In this document: positions 51,302-64,000 of the stretch, in pieces
Numbering within the stretch: the first letter of the stretch is position 1
How the letters are laid out: each line of letters opens with the position of its first letter
Assembly: GCA_030770535.1 (NCBI GenBank)
Contig: JASVEC010000002.1
Coordinates: 1,860,001-1,924,000 of the forward strand
DNA: 64,000 nucleotides
From: Batkoa obscura
Taxonomy: Eukaryota
Reading direction: 5' to 3'
The notes under the pieces: generated by a model
Seen by the model: the letters and a program-made list of their open reading frames with translations, nothing else
What the model was told of the DNA's origin: nothing
Database searches by the model: none
Program-made: the position numbers and the translations under genes

Positions 51302-52068
51302 TATTGGTTTTATTATTTTATTTTATAAACAATATTAAATTTTATTTTCATACTTAGTTTAATAAATTCTATAATGTATGGATAATTTAAGTGATAGGAA
51401 AAATAAACATCAATTAAAATCATATAATTAAAACTAAGCAATTAAAACAATTATCTAATAAGTGCATTATGTAATAGTCAGCTTCTTAGATTACAATTAA
51501 TAAGTATGAAATTAAGGTTTTAAAAAGATAAACTCGATGTAATTTAAATTTACAATAAAAACTAAAAAGAGTGAGTAAATCTTTTAACTTGTCTTCTTAA
51601 ACTTACTAAAATAAGAGAAGCAAAGGCAGAGTATGTTTGTTACTTAGTAATGGATTTTAATAAATAAACTATAAAAACATATTTACTATAAAATGCATTA
51701 TAACATTTTAGCTAAACTACGAATACATTCACAAACACAATAAATTGCTAAATAAAATGCAACTACTTAAATGAGAATTTGAAAATAAAAGGTGCTACTA
51801 AATTTAAAATGCTTCTAAAATTTACCTTTTTCGGATAAATTTCGATGCCACTACTTGGTTCATGACTTGGATTTCTGGCTATATAATGCAAATGATCAGA
51901 TTATTTTATCCATAGTTATTTATAAAAGTCGTGGAAACTCAACAACTTAATCAAAAATATTTAAAGTAGCCTATTTTATATATAGCAGAATAGTTCCATA
52001 TTATTGAATAAAACATATATAAACCAGTACAAAAATAATGTACAGCTTTAATTATTATCAGAATAATT

Positions 52069-53827
52069 ATGAAACCCTCACTTTTAATTTCTCTTTGTAT
52101 CAGTGCCGTTCTTTGCTCGTAAGTTTACTTCAATCCTTTTATTAATAAAAAGCTCATCAATTTTTAGCCCACCAGTAAACTACATCAAATTGCGTAGTGA
52201 TAGTGCAAATCTTGAATGTACTGTTATCGAAAGAAATAGTGAAGGTATTTATAAACCTTTGGATACCTTAGATGATAATGCTGTAATTGTATTATCAAAG
52301 CCATATCAAATTGCTGCTGCTGATACCAAAGTTGAAGTAAAAGATAACTCTATAATTTATGAGTTGTATAGTAAATCCAAAATTGCGGTTGAAGCCAAGC
52401 TAAATAGTCTATGCCAAAACAAAAATAAAGCACTTTTATCCAATAGCCTACCTGAAGCACAATTGGCTGAAGCAACTGAGGTACGTAAGATTATTGACAA
52501 CGGTGATCCTAATAATAGAGTAGATGTTGTATTTATGGGTGATGGTTACACTGCCAGTCAGAAAGAGGCTTTTTTTAGTGATATGACTCGTCTTACCAAA
52601 GAAATGTTTGAAGGCACAACTTTCAAATCTTGGTTACCTTTCTTTAATATTTGGGCTATCTATGTAGAATCGCAAGAATCTGGAATTGGCTATAATGGAC
52701 CTAAAAACACACCATTTAAATTATATCGTGAATCTGGTCAATTTAGGGCTATCTATCCTGGAAACCCAAATTATGCTCAACAGATCTGCCAATTAACTGG
52801 TGTCAGTGCTTGTGACTTCCCAGCAATTATTGCGAATGATGATTATTATGGTGGTTTAGGGGGCCAATTTATTATAGCTACTAAATCAGTAAGAACTGGA
52901 ACGACAGTATTGAGACATGAAATGGGTCACAACTTTAATGAAGTTGGGGAGGAATATGATGATGGCTATGTTTATAGCGGGGTTAATGCAGCAGCTTCTT
53001 TAGATACAGTTTCTTGGAAATCATGGTTAACTGGACCATTGAGAGAAGAGAAAGCTATTTATAGAGTATTAGCATATCCATGGGCCAAGTTAACAAGTGT
53101 ACTCCAAAAATTCACTTTTACTTCAGATGGGGCATACAAACGTTGGTATTTAGAAATCTCAATCACTGGAGTACCAGAAGCTGATGGCTTAGAAATTATA
53201 TTAGATGGTGTAGCATTACCATTTAAATCTAGAGGTAGTATTGATCGTGAGTTCTATAATTGGAGTGGAGCAAGTGGATTTACTAAAGGAACTCACACTC
53301 TTACTATCCGTAATAAAGGGGTGCCAATTGATCCTAATGTTTCTCGTATGCTTGCTATGGTTACCATGTATGAATATGGTAATGAAAGCGAATTTATGAT
53401 TTCTAATGAAGTGATTTCTGCTTACCCTACTTGGGATTCTTCAAGAAGAAAATCATATAGGCCAAGCAATGAAAAATGCTTGATGAGAAATATGACTTCA
53501 CCTTCATTTTGTAGTGTTTGTAAGGAGGGCATCTGGCTGAAGTTTTTACAAAGAGTCTCACTTATTGATAAGTTAACTTATAATGTCAATGAAGTAGTGT
53601 TAACAACTCTTAAACTTGGTCAATATAGAGAAAAATTCACTATCCCTGGTGAGAAAATAACCATCAACTGGTATTATAACGATGTACTCGTAGATGCCTT
53701 CCAAAATAGAGATAAATTGGTAGGCCCTGGTTTTGGAAAATGGAAAGTAACTGTTAAGCTTGATTCTCCGGAAATCAAATCTGATCCAGATAATCGTACT
53801 TATGAAGAAAGATATTTTTATATATAA
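52069..53827 (+). CDS. Secreted M64 zinc metallopeptidase, copy 2
   Basis: Same motifs as copy 1; exon 1 at 52069-52118 encodes the signal peptide; intron 52119-52167; the ORF-track GTG start reads through this intron. Confidence 0.92.
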
Positions 53828-55045
53828 ATAAAATTATTTAGAATTTCATTTAATATTAGCTATTATTATTGTTTACCATATACCTTTTCAGACAAAGCAA
53901 TATAAATCTCAGTTATCAGATTCTTATCCTAACAATAGCGTTTTAAAATAAACAATACTGTAAAACAATAATTGAAGACTTTAGTTACAATCAAACTTTG
54001 AATTTTCTACAATTCTAATTCTAATAAATTCATTTATAAATTAAAACATGCTATAATATTTTTTATTAATTATAACGCTTATGTTTTAGCCTACTGGTGT
54101 TCTATTGTCATATAATAGAGGAACAGTAGTTTTAAAAATTAAAAAAATTAAATCCAAAAAACACAAATTAACTTATAAAAAAACTAATGCCATTTTTAGT
54201 ATTGTATATTAGTAAATAAAGTCAAAATAGTATTTTGGACCTTGTATAAAAAGCTTTTGAAACACTTTACAATGTCTGACTTGTAAAATATCTAAAATCG
54301 CAGATAAGTTAAAAAATTGATCAAACTGCAATTAATTTTTTCAGCTTAATTTGTATAAATTATAAAATTACTTTTAAAAATGATAAAAACGGACTATTTT
54401 CTTAATTGCAATGTTTGCAAAAAACGCATTTTAAGTACTCACTCATTAATAAACTTATCTTAGTTTTTATATCTATATAATATTATGTTCGATTTTTGTT
54501 TCTGACTTTCAGATACATCCATGGAGAGGCTTCTATATGGCTTAAAATGTCGAGTTGAACTTGAAAAAAACATATGCATATAAACTGTAAGTAGATGTTA
54601 ATTCCAAAAATAAATTTTTGCTCTTTACCACGAGGCTATTATTAAGTGGATAGCCATTATTTATATATGAGCTGTAACAACGCTAATTCAAAAGTTCCTT
54701 TTTTCTCGTAAAATAAACCAAACCAAGATACTTTTGGCTTGAAAGCATTCAAGTTGGAATTACTTTTTTATGTTTGAGACTAATCCAGATTTATCACAAT
54801 GGTAATGTTGCAATACATTATACAATAAGAGCGACTAACTATTAAACAAGTTTAAATTAACATTACTACATACTTTGTCTGTATAAATTTATAAACTATT
54901 TTTGAAAATTTGAATAAAATTGTAACACCTTATTTTATTATATGAAATGCTTAATATTTATTAACAATATTTAAAATACTATCATTGAATCAACTATATA
55001 ATCTATATTATCACATTAATTTAAAATAAGCAAAGTACTTTGAGT

Positions 55046-55876
55046 TTAATACTTCTTGAATGCACAAATAGATTCTATTCCTAAATAGAAGTTGCCTTTC
55101 TGTTTACCGAAATTCGATGCGACCATAACACTTAGTGCCTGAATTTTTTTTGGGTCTAAACTTGGTACCTTTTTCCCATTGATTATTCCATCAGTAATTG
55201 GTCGGCCCCTATAATATGGCACAAAATCTTCAAATTTTGCATAGAACAAATTATTCACTGGAGGATTTAAATTACTATCTCCCCCCAACATATTGACCTC
55301 GTGATAGCCCCTCACTTCTGGTGTAAAGTAATAATTATACTCAATTGTGCTCTCTCTCTTTCCACTACTCTGGTCAATGATATCCCCTATGTCATTCTTT
55401 AAATTAATGCTATACCGTTTCCCATCACCAGCCAAAGTCTCGATCAATAACCCATCATAATCACTAAGATCCAGTCCTTTATTATCCAATAAAGGCTCCT
55501 TGGCAGGCTCAGGAGTAAAAAAAGTACGTATGGAAGAGAAAGCAGCACCCAAAACTGAAGGGTCTAGATTTCCTTCGAATAATAGGTACTCTCCATTGCT
55601 TCCAACTTCAATATAAGTAGTGCTTTTACCACCACGTAAGCTATAAAGAAATAAGTTAGTTTTAAACAAAACAATTTTTGGAAATTACCTGTCATTGACA
55701 TAGGAGAAAGTGCTTGACTTCCAAGGTGCAAAACGGCCAAATAGTTGATGAAGTTTAGTGGGCATACTGTTAATATTGGAATTGCTAGTTGAATAATTTA
55801 TGCTTGTTTGTCTTTTTGAAATAGCTAAATATGCGAGTGAGCAATAAATGGGTAATATCAGATTTCTAAGTAACAT
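55046..55876 (-). CDS. CIA30/NDUFAF1-domain protein with a hydrophobic N-terminus
   Basis: VNDR-LRGGKS, FEGNLD..LGAAFSS, LDLSDYDGL, GDGKRY, FVPYYRGR, KQKGNFYL; one intron at about 55642-55689. Confidence 0.85.
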
Positions 55877-56312
55877 AATCTTTTTTTAAGATGACGTGAA
55901 ATTTTAGAGTTAAAATAAAACTAATAAAAGAGGATATTTCTTAAAAATCCTAAAAGAATAACTTATTTAATTATCTGAATCGATCGACTTTTTATACTAT
56001 AAAGGTTACGAGAAGCCTGTTTTTATAAAATATTCTTAATAGTCCTTTATCTCTTCACTTTTTTTAAATAAAAAATATTGTGTTCTACTCAGATATTTGA
56101 ATTTTAGTTTGATTTTCTGATTTAGATCATTTTTACATCTTCACTCTAAAGCTTAGTTTTATAGTGTTATAATTTGATTGTTACGTTGTTACATCTGGTT
56201 TTGTATATTTGAAAGTATACTTTGATTGAGTTTAAAAATTTTAAATGGTGATAATGGTGATGAATGGTTGTATTAACTTTTTTATAATATTTAGACATTT
56301 AAGTTAATTAAT

Positions 56313-56416
56313 ATATGGGGGTGTATTCTTGTGTTTAAGAATTTTGCTAACAATTTTTCCGCTCAAGTAGGGCTTAAAAATGGAAAAAGTAATGAAACCA
56401 AAAAACATCGCCATAT
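56313..56416 (+). mobile_element. 104-bp MITE copy 18
   Basis: Matches the family consensus. Confidence 0.8.
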
Positions 56417-56610
56417 CAGCTACTCTTTTTGGATATTACATTTGAAACTTTTATATTCAGCGATTTTTTTCAGACTATTTTTTTACACTGTTAATATTAA
56501 CAATTAAATCAAAAGGTTTACAACAATAAAATGTATCATTTTTAGTTTATCCACTTGTAAAATCTACATCTATATGGTACTTTTAGTAAGCACTTTGGCT
56601 AGTTTTAAAA

Positions 56611-56710
56611 CAGGGGTATTTTTTTTGACTTCATTACTTTTCCCTTTTTTAAGCGCTATTTAAGTGGAAAATTTGTTGGTAAATTCTTAAACGAAAATAC
56701 ATCCCCATAT
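56611..56710 (-). mobile_element. 104-bp MITE copy 19
   Basis: Matches the consensus in reverse orientation. Confidence 0.8.
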
Positions 56711-57412
56711 CGTTTTATAACATAGAATTCTTAAGTGATAAAATCTAGTCAATTAAACAGATTTTGTTATGATATGATTTATTTTGATGTCACCTTTATG
56801 TTTTTTATTTTATAGCCTATAGTTAAGATTTGTTGATAAAATAACAATTATAATGTTGCCCCAATTTAACACAATTTATATTTTATTGATGATTTTTAAT
56901 AGTTAAAATACTTCTATCCTTTTCTACATGAACTTTCAAATTTTGTTATTTATAACTATCAGATTATTTTTATTTTAATAAACAATACTTTCAAGAATTA
57001 CAAGTTTGAGAATATCCTTAGTATAATTTTAAAATAAATTAGTCTAATAATATGATTTTTATATAATTCACTTGCAAAATAATATTTCAAATAAGAAAAC
57101 ATACCATTATATAAATATTTTAACTCACCTTATTGCTCTAATTTATCTTTAAACTAGATACTTGACTAAGGTTCTAGTTTTACCTTCAACTGTTTTTAAT
57201 ATTAGCTTCAAAATATTTTTGTCTATAACTCTGTCCAGGAAAATTCATACAATATACACTTAAGTCAAACTGTTATAACAAATAAACAAGCACGAGTGTT
57301 TGCTATATAATATAATAAAGCAACCATAAAAAAGTATCAAGGATACTTCTTGTTTATTAGACTTAACAAATGTAATAATTGATACCAAGCTTTGCTTCCG
57401 ACTTTAAACTTT

Positions 57413-58700
57413 TTAGTCAATTTCTTCAAAGTTCTCATCCTCTTCATCCTCATCATCAACATCCAAATTTTGCTGATCAGCTTGATTGGTGTTAAACTTA
57501 CCATCGTTATAAGGATTATTATTAGGATTATCATCTGCATCTTGGAAATCTGGTTCTTGTGCGAAAGCGGGTTTTAGCTCATACAAAGTGAAATAGGTAC
57601 CCCTTCGATGTAAAGATGCAATTTGACTTAAAATATTTTTTAAATGGGCCTAAGGGATGAGATCAATATGCTTTTTATACAGATACATTGTTATCTTACT
57701 TGTGGCTGGTTTGTTTTCTTTGAAAGTGCATTAAATGTCCAATATTTGAACTGTGCAAAGCAATTAAATAACAGATCGCGCAACTCTTTATCTGGTATAC
57801 GACTGGCTTTATGTTCTGGACTGGTTTTAGCACGTTTCTATAAAAAACATATAAAGCTGGATCACATAAAAATTTAATTATCTTACACCATGTACCCCAA
57901 AGCTTGAAGGGGTATTTTGATAAGCTTTAGGTCTAAGATAATCCAGATTATTGTTCTTTCCAGTATTATCAAACTTAATAGTTTCTCTTTTATCTCCATC
58001 TTCAATGATTCTTTTCCTTAATATCACTCGATATCTCGGGTCATTAATCAACGGTTTCATTATAGACTCTTTTGTTACTTTACCAACTATGCGTTTACCA
58101 ACTATAGTTGGGTATTAGATAGAATTAGAAATAAACTGATTTTACCTCGATTGCCATATTCTTCAAACAGATAAGTATTTTCAATATTACTCTTAGTCTC
58201 TTTAATAGTGTAATCCCTTGGAATTGTAACAAACTCTTCGGGTAAGTGTAACATGAGCTAATGGTTTAAATTAATGCCTATTTTAATTTATGAAAGTATC
58301 ATTACATCTGTAACAACTGGATCATCCTTAGCAGATATCAACCTAAATGTTAAATTTCCATTTTTTTTTTTAAATCATAGCTAATTATTTACTGATTAAA
58401 CTTTTTAAGTACTGCTGTCTCTCTTTCTTCTTCATCTTCGAATAGAGCTTGATAAACATAATCTGGTACCTAAATCATTAATCTCAATCCATTATCCATT
58501 AAAATTTATTCTCTATTTACTTTAATTAAGTGCACCTCTTGCTCAATATTTGTCATATCAAGCTCTTCATCCATCAAATCATCTTTTAATGTACCATCTT
58601 CTCTTACATCGTCACTTATAAGATGATCCAAATACATGTCATTATTATTATCGCCCCCTTCAAACACTTCATCATGCTCGTAATCAAACTCGTCACTCAT
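57413..58700 (-). CDS. TFG2: TFIIF beta subunit (Tfg2/RAP30)
   Basis: Winged-helix region ELRDLLFNCFAQFKYWTFNALSKKTNQPQAHLKNILSQIA..G....YELKP; IVGKVTKESIMKP. Confidence 0.88.
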
Positions 58701-59080
58701 TTTGGTTTGTTAAAAGCGAACTAAAATTTTGAAGGTTGACATTTTAAATAATTTGAAGCTTAATTTTATGGTAAATACTGGACTCATTTTGCAAAAAAGG
58801 CAGAGTAGAAAAAGATGTGAATATCTGTTGGATGAAATACAATGTGATGTTTTTGTTTAAATTAGTATATTTTATTATATTTTTATTGTAGATTTTATGA
58901 TTTTATGATTTTAAGGCGTTTTATGTATTTTTAACAACAGTTTTAAATACTAATAACTTCAAATTAAACTTATGTTTTTTATTATCTATTAATACTATTA
59001 TGTGAGATTTTTATTACTTAAATAAATAGATACAACAAGTATTACTAAAATCAATGAAATACATTGAAGTCAAAAATAAT

Positions 59081-59186
59081 ATATGGGGATATTTTTTTTG
59101 TCTTCATTACTTTTTCCATTTTTAAGCACTATTTGAGTGGAAAGATTATCAGCAAAATCCTTAAACGAAAAAATACATCCCCATAT
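59081..59186 (-). mobile_element. 104-bp MITE copy 20
   Basis: ATATGGGGAT..ATCCCCATAT, perfect termini. Confidence 0.85.
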
Positions 59187-59396
59187 AATTAATACTAGTA
59201 AAACATTATTCCAATAATAGTCATTTACTTCTATCATAATTATAGGAGAATATAAATGCAGTTAAATATCAAGCACTTTAACTAAAAAAATAAGCTCAAA
59301 TTCAACCAATAAAAAGTTAATGGAGAGAGTGAGATCATCTACTATTAGGGCTTAAGCCAAATTTGATTTTCTTTATTTTTTAAATTTATAATAATA

Positions 59397-60880
59397 ATGA
59401 CGATAAAATATAGTGATTTGTAACTCTTATTTCGACTAATAAAAATATTAGCTTACTAGTAATTTAGCGAAGAACAAACAAAATTTACAATTGGCTTGCC
59501 AAAGGTTTTTGAACAGAGTTTGACAATACAACACTGGTAATTCATTCAGTGGCTGAAGCTTAGTTTCTAATTTTTATAGGCAACTAAGAGATTTAATATC
59601 ATGTCCAGGTGATGAAAACGAGATATATTATGTCAACCATTATTCCGTACTAAAATATAACTGTAAAACACATATTGTAAGAGGACTTCAATTTATTTGC
59701 AACTTAAATTAATTTAAGTTTAGACCACCCCAGTTCTTAAATATCTTACATTCGAGCCAGCTTCAATTACTATAGGGTAAAAAGGCTAAATAATTTAATC
59801 GTTTTTCTAATATTTTTTAATAGAAAAGGCTACCTTGCCGTTGGTGGCCAACGCGCTCAACTCACTTTAAGGCACTTGAGAACAAACTGGTAGTTATTTT
59901 TTGCTTATTTATATTATATTAGCTAATCAAGTTTGAAGGTCTGTATATACTTCTGTTAGTGGTTCAATTAATAATTCATTATCTATTTATGATCATTATG
60001 GAAAAACGAGATTATTGGTTTGTAACAATGATGAATCAATAAAGATTTATTCACTACCCGATTTCGTTAAAGTGGAGTGTCTTAGATTCCCTACAGCTGT
60101 TAATCATGGTAAGGATTAAGTCAAAATTTTTAAAACTCATTAGTAAATCGCTTTATTTAGCTTCTGTAAGTCCTGATGGAACGAAATTGGTTGCAGTTGG
60201 GGATACAAATGAAATCTTTTTATATAACATTCGCGGAGATGATTACCAGCTTATGCATGTTTTACAAGGTATGTTATGTTTGATAAACCACTTTTATGAT
60301 TAATTATAATTTAATCAGGTTCAAATGATTCCGGCTTTTCATGTGCATGGAAAAACTCTAGTGAAGTGTTTGCGTCTGCTTTTCAAGATGGGTTTGTTCA
60401 TGTGTGGGATTTAAGGTCAACAAAATCAATTGCTAAATTTTGTAGCAAACAGGTAACTTTTTCGTTGCTTTATTTGATGTAAATTTATTTATATTATTAG
60501 TCCCCTTCTAAAGGTGCTGCAAGATGTGTTAAATTTTCTACCACTGGTTCGATTGATTTGATGGCTTTTAGTGAGGTATTAGTTTTTATTATAGTGTATA
60601 TTAAAAAGTAAATCTTATGTTTAGCATATGTCATATTTTAATATTGTGGATGCACGTACGTTCAACTCACACGAAGTTGTTCGAGTAGCACCTGAAGGTT
60701 ATGATCTAAATATTGCAGGGCTTTGTTTTTCACCCAGTTCTAAATCAATTTTCATTGGTAAATTTAATATATTATTTGTTGTTTTTAGTTATTCATTTAT
60801 TAGGGCTTGAAAATTCGATTCAGCAATATGATATTGACACTAGGTCCAGAAGATCATTCTCAGATTGTAGTTTTAACTAG
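59397..60880 (+). CDS. WD40-repeat protein, DUF2415-like family
   Basis: Spliced reading TIQHWQLRDLIS; CNNDE; VNH-ASVSPDG..AVGD; FQDG..VWDLR; GAARCVKFS..DLMAFSEH. Confidence 0.85.
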
Positions 60881-61493
60881 CTAACAATGTACACTGTCTC
60901 TTATTTATCTCGTAATACGTAATGCTCGTTATATTTTTTTGGCCATCTATTCTTTTTTCAATCTCTTTGCTTCGTGGTGTAAAATTTATATTTTTAAACT
61001 TATTTTTATGCTTTTAATTATATTTTTGCAATTCTCTACGTTTTTTATTTTTATTTTCTGTAATTTTATTTGATCATTAATATCTTGGGTTATTTTAGTT
61101 TTGTATAAATTATAGCTTAATATATATACCAATACCTCTACTCTACTATCTCTTAAAACAGCTTTTTACTTTTAAGTTGGATCGATTTTACACAGTACTG
61201 AAAACAACAATATTTCAAAGCTAATTTTAGTCTGCTTTAAGCTATAAAGTATCAACTATTACAACATAAAAAATATTTATATGCAAAGTTTTATGTACAC
61301 ATTATGTAATACAAAGGACTTCCTTTCTCCAAAATGGCATATATTTTCTTAATACTTGATAATCAGTTTTTATTATGGAAGCTAAAGCCAAGTAAAATGG
61401 TTCGCCTATTCTATCAGCCTAAATAAATGGCAAACTTTATAAGGATAAAAAATAGCTTAAACATCCATAAAAGTAGCGTGAAATCATGCGGAT

Positions 61494-63956
61494 CTAATCA
61501 TCTTCTGAAGCTTCCTCTTTAAAAGGATCAAGCTCTTTGAAAGCGTCCAAAAACTCCCTTTTCATTTTTTCTTCCTCTTCGCTTGAATAGACACACTTGC
61601 GCCAATCCCCTCTCTCCGGAATTTTTAATAATTGAGCCATCACGTGTCTAAATAAAAAAGTGAGCATACAATAAATACTCATATAGCATGAATCTTACCT
61701 AGCAAATTGAAGATTAAGTCTAGCCCCTCTTGGGATAAGACAGCCTAATAGCTTCTTGTCCGCTAACTCAATAGATAGATATGGTGCTTCTACACTTGGC
61801 TAGTAGAATGAATTAAAACAAGAAAGATAATATTGATATAAAATTACTTTAAAATCCTCAACTAAGCTAAATCCATCTTGATTAAAATGGTCTATAAATG
61901 CCTGCTGCAACGAAGACTCGAGGTCATTTGGTACTGGAATGACCTAAACAAATCATAAACAAACTAAAAAAAATAAAATGAAAATCGTTACTTGAATATG
62001 AACATGTGTATTAGTAAATGGGCGGTTGATCTCAAAGAAGATTGGGGAACAATTGTATGCATTAAAATGAGTTCTCAATGCTGACTTGTACTCATCAAGC
62101 TCCTTCTTGAAGCTTTTGTTATTTAGCTGTGCCTTTTGTAAGTTCGTTTCATGCTCAATGGGCAATAAAAGAAGGTTGCCGCCGCCTGGAATGATACAAT
62201 CTTTTGAAAATGGATCAATCAAACTTCCTTTAGCTATTGAGCTATAAAACTCGGTACCAATAGAGACGATCAACTCTTTGCTTATATTTTCGTTAGCTAC
62301 ACAGAACCAGCACTGGCTTGTATCCCTGCCTATTAATACAAAATTATTAAATTAAGTAACTCATTATTAATTGAATATTACTGCTAGCGTTCTTAGCACC
62401 ATTGGTACAATTTTTGATATAGTGCCCAGGGATATTACAGATTTTACAAATGTAACCTTCTGGTGGAATATCATCTATAGTAAAATTTAATTTTATTTTA
62501 TAAAACTTATTAAATTTTTGATTACCTTTTGTAGTATTTCCAGTGTTAGGACAATCTCTTACCAGATGACCTGGTTGTTTACATTTTTTGCAAATATAAT
62601 TGGGCGGCAAATTGGCTTTTTTATTTGGTGGAACATTTTGACCAAAGAAGAATGAAGAAGGTTCTAACTAAATAAATAAATGGTTAACAACAATTATGAA
62701 ACGATAATTATAGTCGACAAAATGGCTGTCAATAGTATTAAGTTTTTTTAATAACAATAAAAGTATCAGCAATAGCAATAAACTTATTGTTTGAATATTA
62801 ATTACCATTTCTGAACTTCTTTTGCTCCCATTTTCTGAGCTAAACGGATTCTCTGTAGTTTTTGATGGTAACGTTTCATTCGTGTAAGTTACTTTTCCTG
62901 CATGGAGGTTAAACGCATAGATATTCTATTAATTTGAAAAATAAATCAACTGTATAAAATATGAACAAAAAAAAAATACTTTTTTAGCTTTTGAATTATT
63001 AAAGTGATTCAATGAAATAATTCTAGTAGCTAAAAACTCGTTATCATTAATCTTAGTAAGATAAGGTTCTCTTTCAAAGTAAGTATCGCCATTTGAAATA
63101 AAATGATACTTAGGCTGATAGTACTGTACTAATTTAGTTACTGTTGTGCTATAATTAACCCTTGTATTCATTAGCTCTGGTCCCTTCTCTGAGTATTTTT
63201 CAAGCCCTAAAGGCCACTCATTCGTTAATAATACATCAATGTAATCTTTCTTGGCTTCAGAAGCTAACTCATTGATCTCTTTATCACAATATTCATGGTA
63301 ATTGCTTTCTATATTTTTAATAGCCTTTGTTCAAAATTATTAGCAACTATTGTCTCTATTTGAATTACATCTCTTACTATTTCTTCCTTATAGCTTCCAC
63401 TTAAAAATCCAATCTTAACTCCACTTATTGTATTCATAACTCCTTTTTTTCCTGAAATAAAAAATTAAATTTTGTTTATCTTCATAAATTAATCCTTACC
63501 CAAAAAAGTAAAGTTATTACAAACAGTATATTTATTATCAGAAAAGCACTCTTGAAATTTAGCCGGGAATGGCTGTTCAGTTCCAATGAAATAAGTTGGT
63601 ACTGGGACTAAAAGAGCAAATCAGCATTTAGTACACTATTTAATAACTTGTGACCTTTTGCAATCCTTCACATCTTTAGTTATATTTCAAGAAACTTAGA
63701 CTTACAATTAAACTCTCCAGCAGCCAACCTTTCAGCTATTATATCGCTTCCTTCTTTATCTTTATCATCGAAAAGTGCGCCAGTAATTAAAAATAAATCA
63801 AATGGCCCACTCTTACTGGATTCTAATGCTTTCATTTTTTCTGCCAGTTTTTCAAAGGCTCCATTGATGCTTCCAAAACAGATACTATTCTTAGTGTTAG
63901 TTGGCTCGTGTTGGGTTTGGTGTTAATATGATTTACATCTTTTTTTTCTCGGCCAT
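61494..63956 (-). CDS. CWF19L1: CWF19L1/Drn1 lariat-debranching cofactor with two zinc knuckles
   Basis: GPFDLFLITG; IDVLLTNEWP; QPKYHF..YFEREPY; two CxxCxxxGHxxxxC knuckles; CWFC..AKG..GG..HVHIQ; FNLQFARHV..DWRKC. Confidence 0.9.
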
Positions 63957-64000
63957 TTTGTAAAGAAAGGTAAAAAGATTTGATACATTTTTTTGATTTT

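Noticed and set aside
52103..52167. N-terminus MPFFARKFTSILLLIKSSSIF of the M64 ORFs
   Set aside because: Read-through of a GTAAGT..TTTAG intron; the real exon 1 encodes a signal peptide from the ATG at 52069 (48701 for copy 1).
54480..54840. Slightly GC-richer intergenic patches (also 16330-16490 and 49260-49470) that may be coding relics
   Set aside because: No motif I could assign; evidence too weak to report as features.

Overview
Very AT-rich, gene-dense eukaryotic nuclear DNA with short (about 40-90 nt) GT-AG introns. Gene content looks fungal; my inference is an early-diverging, zygomycete-grade lineage such as Conidiobolus/Entomophthoromycotina, which the sequence alone cannot prove. 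Housekeeping genes: ERCC1/RAD10, PPP4R2, MTR10, a TMX-type thioredoxin, SmD2, NFU1, KTI12, PDCD7 (U11-59K), YCG1, CAPZA, mitochondrial PheRS, MAD1, TAF8, CIA30, TFIIF-beta, a WD40/DUF2415-like gene, CWF19L1, tRNA-Gln and tRNA-His. Two diverged DPM2 paralogues are missed by the ORF track. The 32.8-54 kb stretch is enriched in accessory and secreted genes: an SGNH hydrolase, two identical Gly/Ser-rich secreted proteins, a Pro/Tyr decapeptide-repeat secreted protein, a class 3 lipase and an inverted pair of M64 metallopeptidases. Most notable: (1) three paralogue pairs that are (near-)identical within the gene but diverged in their flanks, with the M64 pair keeping differences mainly in small islands beside the zinc motif and near the C-terminus, suggesting gene conversion that spares specificity patches (assembly artefact not excluded); (2) about 20 copies of a ~104-bp MITE plus a related 280-bp foldback element; (3) decayed LINE-like or unknown relics rich in stop codons explicable by C>T changes. 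Exon boundaries were read by eye; CDS coordinates span the whole gene including introns.
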